In this document: one piece after another, positions 1 through 10,405 of the stretch
How the letters are laid out: every line of letters starts with the position of its first letter
How positions within the stretch are numbered: the first letter of the stretch is position 1
Source: an uncultured cyanobacterium
GTDB lineage: Bacteria; Cyanobacteriota; Cyanobacteriia; Cyanobacteriales; CAWUOF01
DNA: 64,000 nt
Assembly (NCBI GenBank): GCA_963744145.1
Contig: CAVUSO010000001.1
Coordinates: forward strand, 1,184,001-1,248,000
Reading direction: 5' to 3'
Made by a program: the position numbers and the translations under genes
The notes under the pieces: generated by a model
The model's input: the letters and a program-made list of their open reading frames with translations, nothing else
Databases searched by the model: none
What the model was told of the DNA's origin: nothing

Positions 1-159
1 GATAATCGGATTACGGATCATCGGTTAGGCCATAATTTCAGTCTGGCTCCGGCTTTAGAAGGTGATATCGATGTGATGATTCAATCTTGTATATCTCAAG
101 ATCAACAAGAACGTTTAGCCGAATTAGCACAAGCTATATCTAATCCGACTGGGGTTTAA
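1..159 (+). CDS. prfA: Peptide chain release factor 1, 3' end (truncated by window edge)
   Basis: Frame 1 reads [44 protein letters not shown]...*, matching the RF1 C-terminal 'RxTDHR' motif; TAA at 157-159. Confidence 0.9.
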   Translation, partial: DNRITDHRLGHNFSLAPALEGDIDVMIQSCISQDQQERLAELAQAISNPTGV

Positions 160-196
160 TCTAAAAATTTGCTTGATTGATATATAACTTCACCAG

Positions 197-234
197 GAGG
201 TCGCAGTTAATTGTTAATCTCGACCTCTTTTTTT
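197..234 (+). terminator. Probable intrinsic terminator after prfA
   Basis: GAGGTCG (197-203) / CGACCTC (221-227) stem followed by a T7 run. Confidence 0.6.
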
Positions 235-392
235 ACTAATTTAACATAATTTATCTAAATCAGTCTGTGCCATACTGACAAGCGGGGATGTGAGTAATTT
301 TATTCTGATTAGCTTAAAATATACAAGGCTATATTCTTGATTGCCTATCAAGCGCGTGATAATTAAGTAGGAGTGCTGGAGTCAGTTGTCAA

Positions 393-794
393 ATGCCAAT
401 CAAACTAAAATTAATGCTAGTTGATGACGAACCTGATAATCTCGATTTGCTATACAGGACATTTCGACGAGAATTTCAGGTATTTAAAGCTGATAGTCCT
501 CTGAACGCTTTACGAATTTTGGAGCAAGAAGGGGAGATGGCAGTAATTATCTCTGATCAGAGTATGCCAGAAATGACTGGGATCGGACTATTTAGGAAAA
601 TTATCGATAACTTTCCGGATACGATTCGGATCTTGCTGACTGGTTATAGTGAAGAGGCTCTTGATGGCCCAGAAGAAACCATTAATGATGCTGATGTTTT
701 TAAATGTATTACTAAGCCTTTTGATACCAAGCAACTTAAGGATATAGTTTTACAAGGGGCAGAAATGTATCAAGCCAAGAAAGCTAAGAAATAA
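393..794 (+). CDS. Single-domain response regulator (receiver)
   Basis: LVDDEP, IISDQSMP (phospho-Asp), LLTG and KPF receiver motifs. Confidence 0.9.
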   Translation: MPIKLKLMLVDDEPDNLDLLYRTFRREFQVFKADSPLNALRILEQEGEMAVIISDQSMPEMTGIGLFRKIIDNFPDTIRILLTGYSEEALDGPEETINDADVFKCITKPFDTKQLKDIVLQGAEMYQAKKAKK

Positions 795-909
795 TTAAAT
801 ATTTTTTAACTTTATAGCACAGAAAGCTTAAATGATTCAGCAGTCAACTAATATTTTGCCAATTTTTTCCTAAGATTAAAGGATGTTATCTTGGGTCTGG
901 GGGTATAGG

Positions 910-1251
910 ATGGAACCTGTCCACAAGCAAATCAGTGTCCTCAGTCAAAAAGTTGATGTTCTGCATCAGATGATTGAGCAGTTAAATAGTAAAGTATCTG
1001 AAGCATTATCTAAATCCCATCTAGAACCAGAGGTGGGGGGCAATTTTAGTAACTACTCTGAGCTAAAAGCTAATCATCTTGATGTGCTAGGAGAAAATCC
1101 AAATGTGTTAATCGAACAAGAGCTGATTAGTTCCGATCGCTATCATCTCAGCTCAGAAATCCAAATCCAACGACTAACAGCACAATTGACAGCAGCTTAT
1201 AATCGGATTGCGGCTCTAGAAGAACAGTTATTAGCCCAGCGAATTCATTAA
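910..1251 (+). CDS. Conserved cyanobacterial coiled-coil hypothetical protein (start 910 or 883)
   Basis: C-terminal EIQIQRLTAQLTAAYNRIAALEEQLL coiled-coil motif recognised from small cyanobacterial proteins. Confidence 0.7.
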   Translation: MEPVHKQISVLSQKVDVLHQMIEQLNSKVSEALSKSHLEPEVGGNFSNYSELKANHLDVLGENPNVLIEQELISSDRYHLSSEIQIQRLTAQLTAAYNRIAALEEQLLAQRIH

Positions 1252-1343
1252 TTTTATCTTGATCCTATTTTATGCGCCGAAATGCGCCCATCCCCTACGG
1301 TTAACTGAACTGTATTAATTTATATTCCACTCGGCTACTCAAG

Positions 1344-2708
1344 ATGACTGAAGATTTAATCACAAAAATTTACAATTCCTTCCATCCTTTTGAACCACTA
1401 CAACCAGGTAGTCCAGCTTATGTAGATTGTAGTGCAGTCAGGGGAAATGAAAATATTTTTAAAGAGATTGGCACAAAAATAATTCGGTCTAATTCTAAGA
1501 CTTGTCAACTTTATACCGGACATCGCGGTGTTGGTAAATCCACTGAATTATTACGACTCAAAAAATACTTAGAAAAGAATGGCTGTTTTGTTGTTTATTT
1601 TGGGGCAACTGAAGGTGATGTTGATGAACAAGATGTTCAATATACAGATATTATTTTAGCTTGTACTCGCCATATTTTAGAAGATCTCAAAAACTACGCT
1701 AACCCTCAACCTTTATTGACATGGTTAAAATCTAGATGGACATCTTTAAAAGATTTAGCCTTATCTGAAGTAGCTTTTGAGGACGACTTAAAAATTGAAC
1801 AGACAATTGGCTTATTTACCAAGCTTACAGCCAGTGTTCGGCGCGTTCCTAGCAAGAGGGAAGAAATCCGCAAACAAGTCGATCTCTACAGCGTATCTCT
1901 CATCGATGCCTTGAATGTTTTTATTGCCGAAGCGAAGGAAAAACTACCTAGTGATAAATCAAGAATTGTCGTTATTGCCGATAATTTAGATAGAATCGTT
2001 CCCATTGAGAGAACAACGGGAAGAACTAATCATGACGAAATTTTCTTGGATTATAACAATCAATTAACTGCTCTAGATTGTCATGTGATCTATACAGTTC
2101 CTATTTCCTTAGTTTACTCGAACCGCGCTTCAGAATTACGCAATATTTATGACACGCCGCAAATTTTACCGATGATTATGATTAAAACTAAAAATAATCA
2201 AGTTCATCAACCAGGAATTAATGCCCTGAAATCCATACTTGAAAAGCGCCTCGAACCATACGCAAAAGAACTATTAGATATCCAAAAGCAACGTCCAGAT
2301 AATTTATACGATTTAGGGATTTTTGATATAGAACAAACTCGCCTGAAATTGTTTAATATGACGGGTGGTCACGTTCGAGAACTAATGCTATTGATGCAAA
2401 GTTCGATGGACTGGATCGACAATTTACCTATTACGGAAGCGGCTGTTAAGCGAGCAATTAATAAAGCTAGAGAAAGCACTTATCGAGTTGCTATTGATGA
2501 GCCAGAATGGGAGAAGTTAGCCATTGTCAACCACCAGAAAAAGATCGCTAATGAAGAAGGATGCCGTAGTCTTTTATTCCGTCGTTGTCTGTTAGAATAT
2601 CAAGATATTGATGACAATGGAAATATGCAAAAATGGCACGATGTTCATCCTTTAATTGAAGAAATAGAAGAATTCAAAACGGCACTAAACAAGTTGAATC
2701 AATCATGA
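1344..2708 (+). CDS. P-loop ATPase (AAA/STAND-like), partner of downstream TPR protein
   Basis: Walker A GHRGVGKS, Walker B VVIADNLD, 'GGHVREL' helical motif; ATGA overlap with next gene. Confidence 0.85.
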   Translation: MTEDLITKIYNSFHPFEPLQPGSPAYVDCSAVRGNENIFKEIGTKIIRSNSKTCQLYTGHRGVGKSTELLRLKKYLEKNGCFVVYFGATEGDVDEQDVQYTDIILACTRHILEDLKNYANPQPLLTWLKSRWTSLKDLALSEVAFEDDLKIEQTIGLFTKLTASVRRVPSKREEIRKQVDLYSVSLIDALNVFIAEAKEKLPSDKSRIVVIADNLDRIVPIERTTGRTNHDEIFLDYNNQLTALDCHVIYTVPISLVYSNRASELRNIYDTPQILPMIMIKTKNNQVHQPGINALKSILEKRLEPYAKELLDIQKQRPDNLYDLGIFDIEQTRLKLFNMTGGHVRELMLLMQSSMDWIDNLPITEAAVKRAINKARESTYRVAIDEPEWEKLAIVNHQKKIANEEGCRSLLFRRCLLEYQDIDDNGNMQKWHDVHPLIEEIEEFKTALNKLNQS

Positions 2709-5536
2709 ACTTAAGCGCATCTTTCAGTAAGTCAATAATTAAACCGGAGGAAGAAGAAACCTATCGCGCTTTACTTCGCAATCTTAAACGACATAGGGGA
2801 TTTGGCATTCTTTTCCTTCGCTGTACTCCCGAACAGGGGGGTAGAATTATTGAACAAGTAAAAATAGATTTACCCGCCCAAAAAATTACTACCCTCTCCT
2901 TAGAAAAGGAAATTGATAATCTCTATCAACTTATTGAACAAGAACTTCAGCAACAGCCAAGTGATATCTTTTTTATTACTGGAATTGAAAAATCTTTTGT
3001 TAACTACATTCAGCCAGGAATTGGTGGACAGGGAGATTACTATAAATTAGATACAGTTCCTCCTATTCTCGGTCATCTAAATTTACAAAGGGAGAGATTT
3101 AGAGACGATTTTAAAGTGTATCTTGTCTTTCTCCTACCTCTGTTTGGATTAAAGTATTTAGTTCGTCGTTCTCCTGACTTTTATGATTGGCGATCTGGAG
3201 TCTTTGACTTCCCTCTGGATCAGGAAGAGTCATCCCGAATTATTGCAGAAGAAGATTATAATCAATATCTTCAGTTAAGCCAACATGAACGATATCAAAA
3301 AATACTAGAAATTAAAGACTTAATTACAGAAACTCAATTAACAGATGCAAAAAAAGCAGAACTTTGGTGCCAGATTGACAGACTCTATGATTCTAATCAA
3401 GAAGATAATTTTGCTTTAGCTTCATTTGACAAAGCTCTGGAAATTAATCCTGACTTTTACGAAGCTTGGAACAACCGGGGAATGGCGTTATTTAAGTTGG
3501 GAAGATATGAAGAAGCGATCGTATCTTTTGACAAAGCTGTGGAAATTAAACCTGACTTACACAAAGCTTGGAACATCCGGGGAATGATGTTAGCTGCTTT
3601 GGGAAGATATGAAGAAGCGATCGCCTCCTATGACCAAGCTGTGGCAATTAAACCTGACTACCACGAAGCTTGGAACAACCGGGGAATGGCGTTAGCTGCT
3701 TTGGGAAGATATGAAGAAGCGATCACATCCTTTGACAAAGCTGTGGAAATTAAACCTGACTTACACAAAGCTTGGAACATCCGGGGAATGGTGTTAGCTG
3801 CTTTGGGAAGATATGAAGAAGCGATCACATCCTTTGACAAAGCTATTGAAATTAAACCTGATGACCACGAAGCTTGGGACAAACGGGGAATGGCGTTATT
3901 TAAGTTGGGAAGAGATGAAGAAGCGATCACATCCTTTGACAAAGCTATTGAAATTAAACCTGATGACCACGAAGCTTGGGACAAACGGGGAATGGCGTTA
4001 TTTAAGTTGGGAAGAGATGAAGAAGCGATCGCATTAGTTGCTTTGGGAAGATATGAAGAAGCGATCACATCCTTTGACAAAGCTATTGAAATTAAACCTG
4101 ATGACCACGAAGCTTGGGCCAAACGGGGAATGGCGTTATTTAAGTTGGGAAGAGATGAAGAAGCGATCGCATCTTTTGACAAAGCTGTGGAAATTAAATC
4201 TGACGACCACGAAGCTTGGAACATCCGGGGAATGATGTTAGCTGCTTTGGGAAGATATGAAGAAGCGATCGCCTCCTATGACCAAGCTGTGGCAATTAAA
4301 CCTGACAACCACGAAGCTTGGAACAACCGGGGAATGGTGTTAGTTGCTTTGGGAAGATATGAAGAAGCGATCGCATCTTTTGACAAAGCTGTGGAAATTA
4401 AATCTGACGACCACAAAGCTTGGGACAACCGAGGAATGGCGTTAGTTAAGTTGGGAAGAGATGAAGAAGCGATCGCCTCCTTTGACCAAGCTATTGAAAT
4501 TAAACCTGATGACCACGAAGCTTGGGACAACCGGGGAATGATGTTAGTTAAGTTGGGAAGAGATGAAGAAGCGATCGCCTCCTTTGACCAAGCTGTGGCA
4601 ATTAAACCTGACAACCACGAAGCTTGGAACAACCGGGGAATGGCGTTAGCTGCTTTGGGAAGATATGAAGAAGCGATCACATCCTTTGACAAAGCTGTGG
4701 AAATTAAACCTGACTTACACAAAGCTTGGAACATCCGGGGAATGGTGTTAGCTGCTTTGGGAAGATATGAAGAAGCGATCACATCCTTTGACAAAGCTAT
4801 TGAAATTAAACCTGATGACCACGAAGCTTGGGACAAACGGGGAATGGCGTTATTTAAGTTGGGAAGAGATGAAGAAGCGATCGCATTAGTTGCTTTGGGA
4901 AGATATGAAGAAGCGATCGCCTCCTTTGACCAAGCTGTGGCAATTAAATCTGACTTACACCTAGCTTGGTACGTCCGGGGGATTGCGTTACATAGGTTGG
5001 GAAGAGATGAAGAAGCGATCACCTCCTATGACCAAGCTGTGGCAATTCAACCTGATTTCCACGAAGCTTGGTACGTCCGGGGGATTGCGTTACGTAGATT
5101 GGGAAGAGATGAAGAAGCGATCGCCTCCTATGACCAAGCTGTGGCAATTAAACCTGACTACCACGAAGCTTGGTACAACCGGGGGTATGCGTTACGTAGA
5201 TTGGGAAGAGATGAAGAAGCGATCGCCTCCTATGACCAAGCTGTGGCAATTAAACCTGACTACCACGAAGCTTGGTACAACCGGGGGATTGCGTTACGTA
5301 GGTTGGGAAGATATGAAGAAGCGATCGCTTCCTATAACAAAGCGATTGAATTAAATTGTAATTATGCTAATGCTTATTACAATAAAGCTTGCTGTTATGC
5401 CGTACAAAATAACAGCCAATTAGCTATCGAAAACCTACGTCACGCCATAAACCTTGATCCCAAATATCGAGATATGGCAAGAACTGAAACAGACTTTGAT
5501 AACATTCGGGAGGATGTACAGTTTCAGGTATTGTAA
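2705..5536 (+). CDS. Tetratricopeptide-repeat protein (about 19 TPRs) with conserved N-terminal domain
   Basis: 34-aa repeats AWxxRGxxLxxLGRyEEAIxSyDxAxxIKPD; N-terminal LNLQRERF...SPDFYDWRSG. Confidence 0.92.
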   Translation: MNLSASFSKSIIKPEEEETYRALLRNLKRHRGFGILFLRCTPEQGGRIIEQVKIDLPAQKITTLSLEKEIDNLYQLIEQELQQQPSDIFFITGIEKSFVNYIQPGIGGQGDYYKLDTVPPILGHLNLQRERFRDDFKVYLVFLLPLFGLKYLVRRSPDFYDWRSGVFDFPLDQEESSRIIAEEDYNQYLQLSQHERYQKILEIKDLITETQLTDAKKAELWCQIDRLYDSNQEDNFALASFDKALEINPDFYEAWNNRGMALFKLGRYEEAIVSFDKAVEIKPDLHKAWNIRGMMLAALGRYEEAIASYDQAVAIKPDYHEAWNNRGMALAALGRYEEAITSFDKAVEIKPDLHKAWNIRGMVLAALGRYEEAITSFDKAIEIKPDDHEAWDKRGMALFKLGRDEEAITSFDKAIEIKPDDHEAWDKRGMALFKLGRDEEAIALVALGRYEEAITSFDKAIEIKPDDHEAWAKRGMALFKLGRDEEAIASFDKAVEIKSDDHEAWNIRGMMLAALGRYEEAIASYDQAVAIKPDNHEAWNNRGMVLVALGRYEEAIASFDKAVEIKSDDHKAWDNRGMALVKLGRDEEAIASFDQAIEIKPDDHEAWDNRGMMLVKLGRDEEAIASFDQAVAIKPDNHEAWNNRGMALAALGRYEEAITSFDKAVEIKPDLHKAWNIRGMVLAALGRYEEAITSFDKAIEIKPDDHEAWDKRGMALFKLGRDEEAIALVALGRYEEAIASFDQAVAIKSDLHLAWYVRGIALHRLGRDEEAITSYDQAVAIQPDFHEAWYVRGIALRRLGRDEEAIASYDQAVAIKPDYHEAWYNRGYALRRLGRDEEAIASYDQAVAIKPDYHEAWYNRGIALRRLGRYEEAIASYNKAIELNCNYANAYYNKACCYAVQNNSQLAIENLRHAINLDPKYRDMARTETDFDNIREDVQFQVL
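3460..5345 (+). repeat. 102-bp tandem repeat array encoding TPRs
   Basis: Near-identical 102-nt units, each with GCGATCGC or a variant in the EAI(A/T) codons. Confidence 0.9.
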
Positions 5537-5625
5537 AATATTAAAAGTAATTTCATTATGGAAAATCTTCTACAAACTGGTTAAAACAACAAGAAAATCT
5601 TAATCAAATTCCGAGGAAATTTAAA

Positions 5626-6234
5626 ATGGCTTATAGCGATTTCAAACTAAATGAACTGGTCAAACAATTTGACTTAACTCTAAACGAAAACCTAGATTTA
5701 TTTGCTGATATACCCGAAGTAGAACCTAGTGAAAATCTCAAATTTTCATTGAAAGAGAATGCCTCATTAGCCCTAGATATAAACACAGAAAAAGCCCGCT
5801 CCGAGATGATTATTGCTCCAATATTACTGGAAGTAAGACGACAGGTTAATTATCAAATTGGTCTATTCTCTGGTTCCGAATTTAATGTAGCTCCAGAAAA
5901 GGGATTAAATGGAACTTGTGATTTTTTAATCAGTTTGTCACCAGAAAGATTGTTTATCAAAGCACCGATTATTATGCTAGTTGAAGCAAAAAAAGAAGAT
6001 CTTAAAGCTGGACTGGGACAATGCGTAGCCGAAATGTTAGCTGCTCAATTATTTAACGATCGAGAAGAAAATGAAATTAAAACAATTTATGGAGTCGTAA
6101 CATCAGGAACGAATTGGAGATTTTTGAAATTAGAGGGCAAGATTGTTTATATTGATCCGATCGAGTATTATCTGAGAGATGTGGAAAAAATTTTAGGCAT
6201 CTTATTAAGCCCTCTATTTCCAGGGCAAAAATAA
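5626..6234 (+). CDS. PD-(D/E)xK-like / HsdR N-terminal-like hypothetical protein
   Basis: G.CDF...LVEAKK...GQCVAEM...[13 protein letters not shown] motif set of a common cyanobacterial family. Confidence 0.75.
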   Translation: MAYSDFKLNELVKQFDLTLNENLDLFADIPEVEPSENLKFSLKENASLALDINTEKARSEMIIAPILLEVRRQVNYQIGLFSGSEFNVAPEKGLNGTCDFLISLSPERLFIKAPIIMLVEAKKEDLKAGLGQCVAEMLAAQLFNDREENEIKTIYGVVTSGTNWRFLKLEGKIVYIDPIEYYLRDVEKILGILLSPLFPGQK

Positions 6235-6379
6235 CCATATTCTCTTTATGATCAAGTTGAAAATTTATGAAGAAATCCTCAATCATCCCACAATAATGCA
6301 ACGCTCAATCTGCTAAATTTCGTTGCCGATCGCCAGCAAAATTGTATCGTTTTCATTCCTAATACAAACCTACTGATAT

Positions 6380-7657
6380 ATGCTCAAAAAGCTACGGTTG
6401 GAATACTTTAAAAACTTTAAAAATGCCGAACTCCATCTCGGCTCTTTTACTATTCTAGTTGGAACTAACGCATCTGGAAAAAGTAACATCAGAGATGCTA
6501 TGCGTTTTTTACATGGTATTTGTCGCGGCTATAATCTCGCGGAAATTATGGGAGAAAAATATGTAGAAGGAGGCGTTTTGCAATGGCGAGGAATCCGGGG
6601 AGGAACGCGAGAAGCAGGGTTTCAAAATTCTGAAATATTTAGTTTAGAAATCTCATTCTTTATTGATTACGAAGGCTGTCAACGAGAAACAACCTATCGA
6701 ATCGAAGTTGAACCTGGCACAGGAAGCAGAATTCCGCGAGTTCATGCAGAACGGTTGCTGGTAAAAGACTTTGAAGATGAAGATGTCATCTTTGAGGCAA
6801 AGCATTTTCCTCAAATTGAAGGACAGCCTTTCAGCTTTAAATTTTATAAACAAAACTTTTCGTTGGGAACTATTCCTAGCTACCAACCTGTAATTTATCA
6901 GATTGTATCTAAAGATTTTCAGCAATTTTTTATTCCTTATCAAAAAATATTATCAATAGTTAGAGAAATTGCCCAAAAATCTTTAGATGCTTTCGACGAT
7001 ATACGATTTCTGGATCTTAACCCAGAAGCAATGCGTTTACCGTCCTTTCCTGGACAGACTATTTTAGGCGATCGCGGTGAGAACCTTTCATCTGTGCTTC
7101 TTGATATTTGTCAAGACCCCCAAAAAAAAGAAACCCTGTTGGAGTGGATACAGGAACTCACCCCAATGGACGCCAAAGACTTTGAATTTCCTACTGATTT
7201 CACTGGCAAAACTTTACTAAATTTAGTTGAAAAAAACGGGCAAAAAATATCAGCTTATAGCGCTTCAGATGGAACCCTACGTTTTCTGGCTATAATAGCA
7301 GCTTTACTGGGTTCAGAGCCAGCCAAAATTTACTTTTTTGAAGAACTAGATAACGGCATTCATCCCACCCGTTTACATCTCCTAATACAACTAATTGAAC
7401 GCCAAGTTTCCCAAGGAAAAATCCAAATTATTGCCACTACCCATTCTTCCCAATTACTCAGACTTATCAGCCCCCAAACCTTAGAATTAGTCTCATTAAT
7501 CTATCGGTTAGAAAATCGACCCGATGCCAAAATTATCCGTATTTTAGATATTCCTAATGCTCAGGAAATTCTGGAAAAACAAAGTTTAGCCCACCTCCAT
7601 GAATCAGCCTGGTTAGAAAATGTGATGGAATTTACCAGTGATGATGAGGTGGAATGA
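6380..7657 (+). CDS. ABC-type (AAA_21/AbiEii-like) ATPase, putative defence ATPase
   Basis: GTNASGKS, signature ASDGTLR, Walker B/D-loop FFEELDNGIHP, H-loop TTHS. Confidence 0.85.
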   Translation: MLKKLRLEYFKNFKNAELHLGSFTILVGTNASGKSNIRDAMRFLHGICRGYNLAEIMGEKYVEGGVLQWRGIRGGTREAGFQNSEIFSLEISFFIDYEGCQRETTYRIEVEPGTGSRIPRVHAERLLVKDFEDEDVIFEAKHFPQIEGQPFSFKFYKQNFSLGTIPSYQPVIYQIVSKDFQQFFIPYQKILSIVREIAQKSLDAFDDIRFLDLNPEAMRLPSFPGQTILGDRGENLSSVLLDICQDPQKKETLLEWIQELTPMDAKDFEFPTDFTGKTLLNLVEKNGQKISAYSASDGTLRFLAIIAALLGSEPAKIYFFEELDNGIHPTRLHLLIQLIERQVSQGKIQIIATTHSSQLLRLISPQTLELVSLIYRLENRPDAKIIRILDIPNAQEILEKQSLAHLHESAWLENVMEFTSDDEVE

Positions 7658-7699
7658 TGAGGGTTTTAGTAATTCCAGAAGACTTCCGAAAAGACCAAT

Positions 7700-8850
7700 A
7701 GACATCTCCTAAAACTTATAAGCTAGTTATGGTAAGCATTTTAGCGTTTTTCCTGTTTAAATTTATCATCGCTGAAACGTATATTTTTCGTAGTTTTACT
7801 TCATTGATCCAATTTCAGGTTAAAACTATGACTCACTATGATCTCGATTTCTTTATCTATTTCTGACGGATTAACTACTTTAATAAGTAAAGCATTTATT
7901 CTTAATCTTACTAACCCGCAAATCGTTAAAAATATTGATTTATATTTGATTTTACTTAATCTAAATCTCTCTTGCATTATCCTAAATATTTTGATAATTC
8001 TAATTAAATGTTCGACAAATATTCTCTCTGATGAAATCTCTTTATTTGTTTCTTTTTGTGATTGAGTTAATTCACCCCCTTTCGGTTTTTTGGCTGGTGT
8101 TTTAATTTGTTCTTCTCCTATGTAAGCTTTATCTCCACTAAATTTTTGGGTTTTTGAAAATTTACTTAAAGTTTCTCTACATATTTTTATGTCACTTGTA
8201 GGTCCTGGTTCTCCTGCTACTACATCGACAATATCTTTAGCTTTTGGTAGACTGATCACTTGGTTTTTAAAAGTATGATTTTTCTTTTTACCTGAGTAAT
8301 ATTTTTTCTGCTCCTCATAAGACAAAGCCCTTTCTATTGGCTGTTCTTCGCTGTCTACTATTAGTTCATAATCAGTAAGTTTTTCCAGGATTTCTGATGA
8401 ATTTTCCTCAAACTTTTTTACTTGTTCTAATAGAGAACATGGCAAAGCTTCTCTTAATATTTGTTGCCAATAGTGAAAAATCTTATGAGCAGTTGATTCA
8501 CTTACTTGAAACATCAATCCTAATAATTGAAAATTTAGATGATGTCTAAGATAGACTAAGGTTAAAATGATTTGCTCTTTTTTTTCTAGTTTTGATTCTC
8601 TCCCTCCTCCTGATTTAATTATTCTTACTTTCTGTTCTTCTTGTTCTTGTTCTTTTTGGTCATGCAAAATTAAAGCATATTCTATCAACTGTTCTAATTG
8701 GTTATAATTAATTCCCAATAATCGTTTAGTTTCCTTCTGGTTTTTTTGGATGTATTCCCAAGTATAATTACTCATTTTAGTAATTACTCCATTAATGTTC
8801 TAGATCATTATACCATATTTTTGGTTTTTCATTATATTATGGAGATGTCT
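7700..8850 (-). mobile_element. IS5-family (ISL2-like) insertion sequence
   Basis: Terminal IRs AGACATCTCC / GGAGATGTCT; 3-bp target duplication AAT (7697-7699, 8851-8853). Confidence 0.9.
7801..8775 (-). CDS. DDE transposase (HTH_Tnp_4 + DDE_Tnp_4 type)
   Basis: IVDSEEQPIER, YYSGKKK.HT.K.Q, GDKAYIG, RIFVEH motifs. Confidence 0.9.
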   Translation of the reverse strand: MSNYTWEYIQKNQKETKRLLGINYNQLEQLIEYALILHDQKEQEQEEQKVRIIKSGGGRESKLEKKEQIILTLVYLRHHLNFQLLGLMFQVSESTAHKIFHYWQQILREALPCSLLEQVKKFEENSSEILEKLTDYELIVDSEEQPIERALSYEEQKKYYSGKKKNHTFKNQVISLPKAKDIVDVVAGEPGPTSDIKICRETLSKFSKTQKFSGDKAYIGEEQIKTPAKKPKGGELTQSQKETNKEISSERIFVEHLIRIIKIFRIMQERFRLSKIKYKSIFLTICGLVRLRINALLIKVVNPSEIDKEIEIIVSHSFNLKLDQ

Positions 8851-9596
8851 AATATATGCTTAAACCTATCATTACTGCAATGATGGCAACTCTCGGCAAA
8901 CCTCGCGCTAAAGTAATGATTTGTCAAGACCCTCTTTTGGGAGGAATCAGTGAAGCTTTAAAATGGGAAAATATTGAAAGTATTATCAAGCAGTATCCGA
9001 TGGTTGACCTGTTTCTACTTTGTGTAGACCGTGATGGAAATATGGGTAGAGCAACTGTTCTGAATAATCTAGAAATTAAAGCTGCTACTGTTTTACAAAA
9101 AAATAGCTTATTTTTAGCAGAAAATGCTTGGCAAGAAATTGAAGTTTGGATTTTAGCTGGGCAAGATTTACCAAAAGAGTATAACTGGCAAAAAATTCGC
9201 CAAGAAATTAATCCTAAAGAAACCTACTTTTTGCCATTTTCTCAGCAAAGAAATCTCCTAGATACGCCAGGGGAAGGGCGAAAACCATTAGGTGAAGAAG
9301 CAGGGAAACGGTATGACCGTATTCGCAAACTTTGCCCAGAAGATATCGTTAATTTAGAAACTCGAATTAACAATTGGTTAGCAGAAAGATAAAACTATGA
9401 TCTCCATGATCAGCATTTTGCCCAAAACTTGGTGTTCCAATGCTTATGCTAGATGGATGTGGACTAAATTATAGAGTATAAGAGCGATCGCACTACTCAA
9501 AACCTTGTCCATATCTCGGAAAATGCGATTACTCTCCAAACTCTACCAGTTGTCCAGATATAGAGAGTCGCGATCACAGTTATAACAGATGGTGAT

Positions 9597-10294
9597 CGAT
9601 CGCCTTTCAACCGTCAGATGTGGGAGAAATGGCGACAACTATTATAGAGCGCGATCGCTAATTTTCGCATGATTTCAGAAATTTGGTCAAACCAGCATCA
9701 GATAGTATACTATTGTTATTAGTAAAACTTAGTACCCGAAAGATATCAAAATGACCAGAAAAGTATTAACAATTCTATCTATTCTAGTCTGTGCAGCTAT
9801 TGTATTTTTCACATGGTTAGTCCCCAAAGTAACCGCTCAACTTACATCACCTATGTGTAATAATGCCACATTGCAAGGTCTTTATGCACATCATATCTCT
9901 GGAGTCCGTGGGACCACACCTCCCTATACTCCCTTTACTGCGGTAAGAACTGGTGAGTTTCAAAATGGTAAAGTCAAAGGATATGGAACACTTAGTCTAG
10001 GTGGAGATGTGAAGGACTATAAAATGGAAGGTACTTATAATGTAAAGAGTGATTGTACTGTTATTTTCGAGAATTCTATTGTTTCTAGCGATGGCAAACT
10101 TAGTCAATCTTCCAAGCAATTTGGTGTAATTGTTGAGCATGGTAAGAAAGTTTACCTCATTCAACAAACACCTGGGAGAATTGAATCTGGAATTTATGAA
10201 AAAGTAGGTTCCTAACTTTCAACTTGATTTTGTAGCTAAGATTATCGGTGGCGATCGCATTTCAATCGCCAGATGTGGGAGAAGTAGGGGCAAC
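9597..10294. repeat. 43-bp imperfect direct repeats (9597-9639, 10252-10294) flanking the 154-aa gene
   Basis: CGATCGC(c/a)TTTCAA(c/t)CG(t/c)CAGATGTGGGAGAA..., 36/43 identical by hand alignment. Confidence 0.8.
9751..10215 (+). CDS. Secreted hypothetical protein
   Basis: Hydrophobic signal peptide ending VTA|Q; beta-rich mature part with a Cys pair. Confidence 0.7.
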   Translation: MTRKVLTILSILVCAAIVFFTWLVPKVTAQLTSPMCNNATLQGLYAHHISGVRGTTPPYTPFTAVRTGEFQNGKVKGYGTLSLGGDVKDYKMEGTYNVKSDCTVIFENSIVSSDGKLSQSSKQFGVIVEHGKKVYLIQQTPGRIESGIYEKVGS

Positions 10295-10314
10295 ATGAAA
10301 GCGAAATGATTGGT

Positions 10315-10405
10315 GCGATCGCGATTATTACCTGTGTAATTATTTATCTTGTCCATGCAGTCTAAAATATGCTCGCCCGTAGACTTTATCCCGCTCTAAA
10401 TTCAT
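10315..10405 (-). pseudogene. HEPN (DUF86-type) toxin remnant
   Basis: MNLERDKVY, then a frameshift, then EHILDCMDKINNYT; ATG overlaps the MNT stop; similarity ends at HIP1 10315-10322. Confidence 0.7.

Larger units (their letters stand above)
7654..9392 (+). pseudogene. Partner gene of the ATPase (DUF4276/TOPRIM-like) split by an IS; pieces 7654-7699 and 8854-9392
   Basis: Removing 7700-8850 and one AAT copy restores MMRVLVIPEDFRKDQYMLKPIITAM...; VDRDG and EIEVWIL motifs; ATGA coupling to the ATPase. Confidence 0.8.

Noticed and set aside
3460..5345. TPR variation around AAC AAC codons as DGR-like mutagenesis
   Set aside because: The variation is spread over many internal repeats, includes non-adenine changes, and has no TR or hairpin; repeat shuffling plus selection explains it
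3460..5345. Regular repeats as a CRISPR array
   Set aside because: The units are coding and contiguous with no unique spacers; no cas genes are present
3658..5354. Alternative-frame and antisense ORFs inside the TPR gene
   Set aside because: Shadows of a 102-bp repeat that lacks stops in other frames
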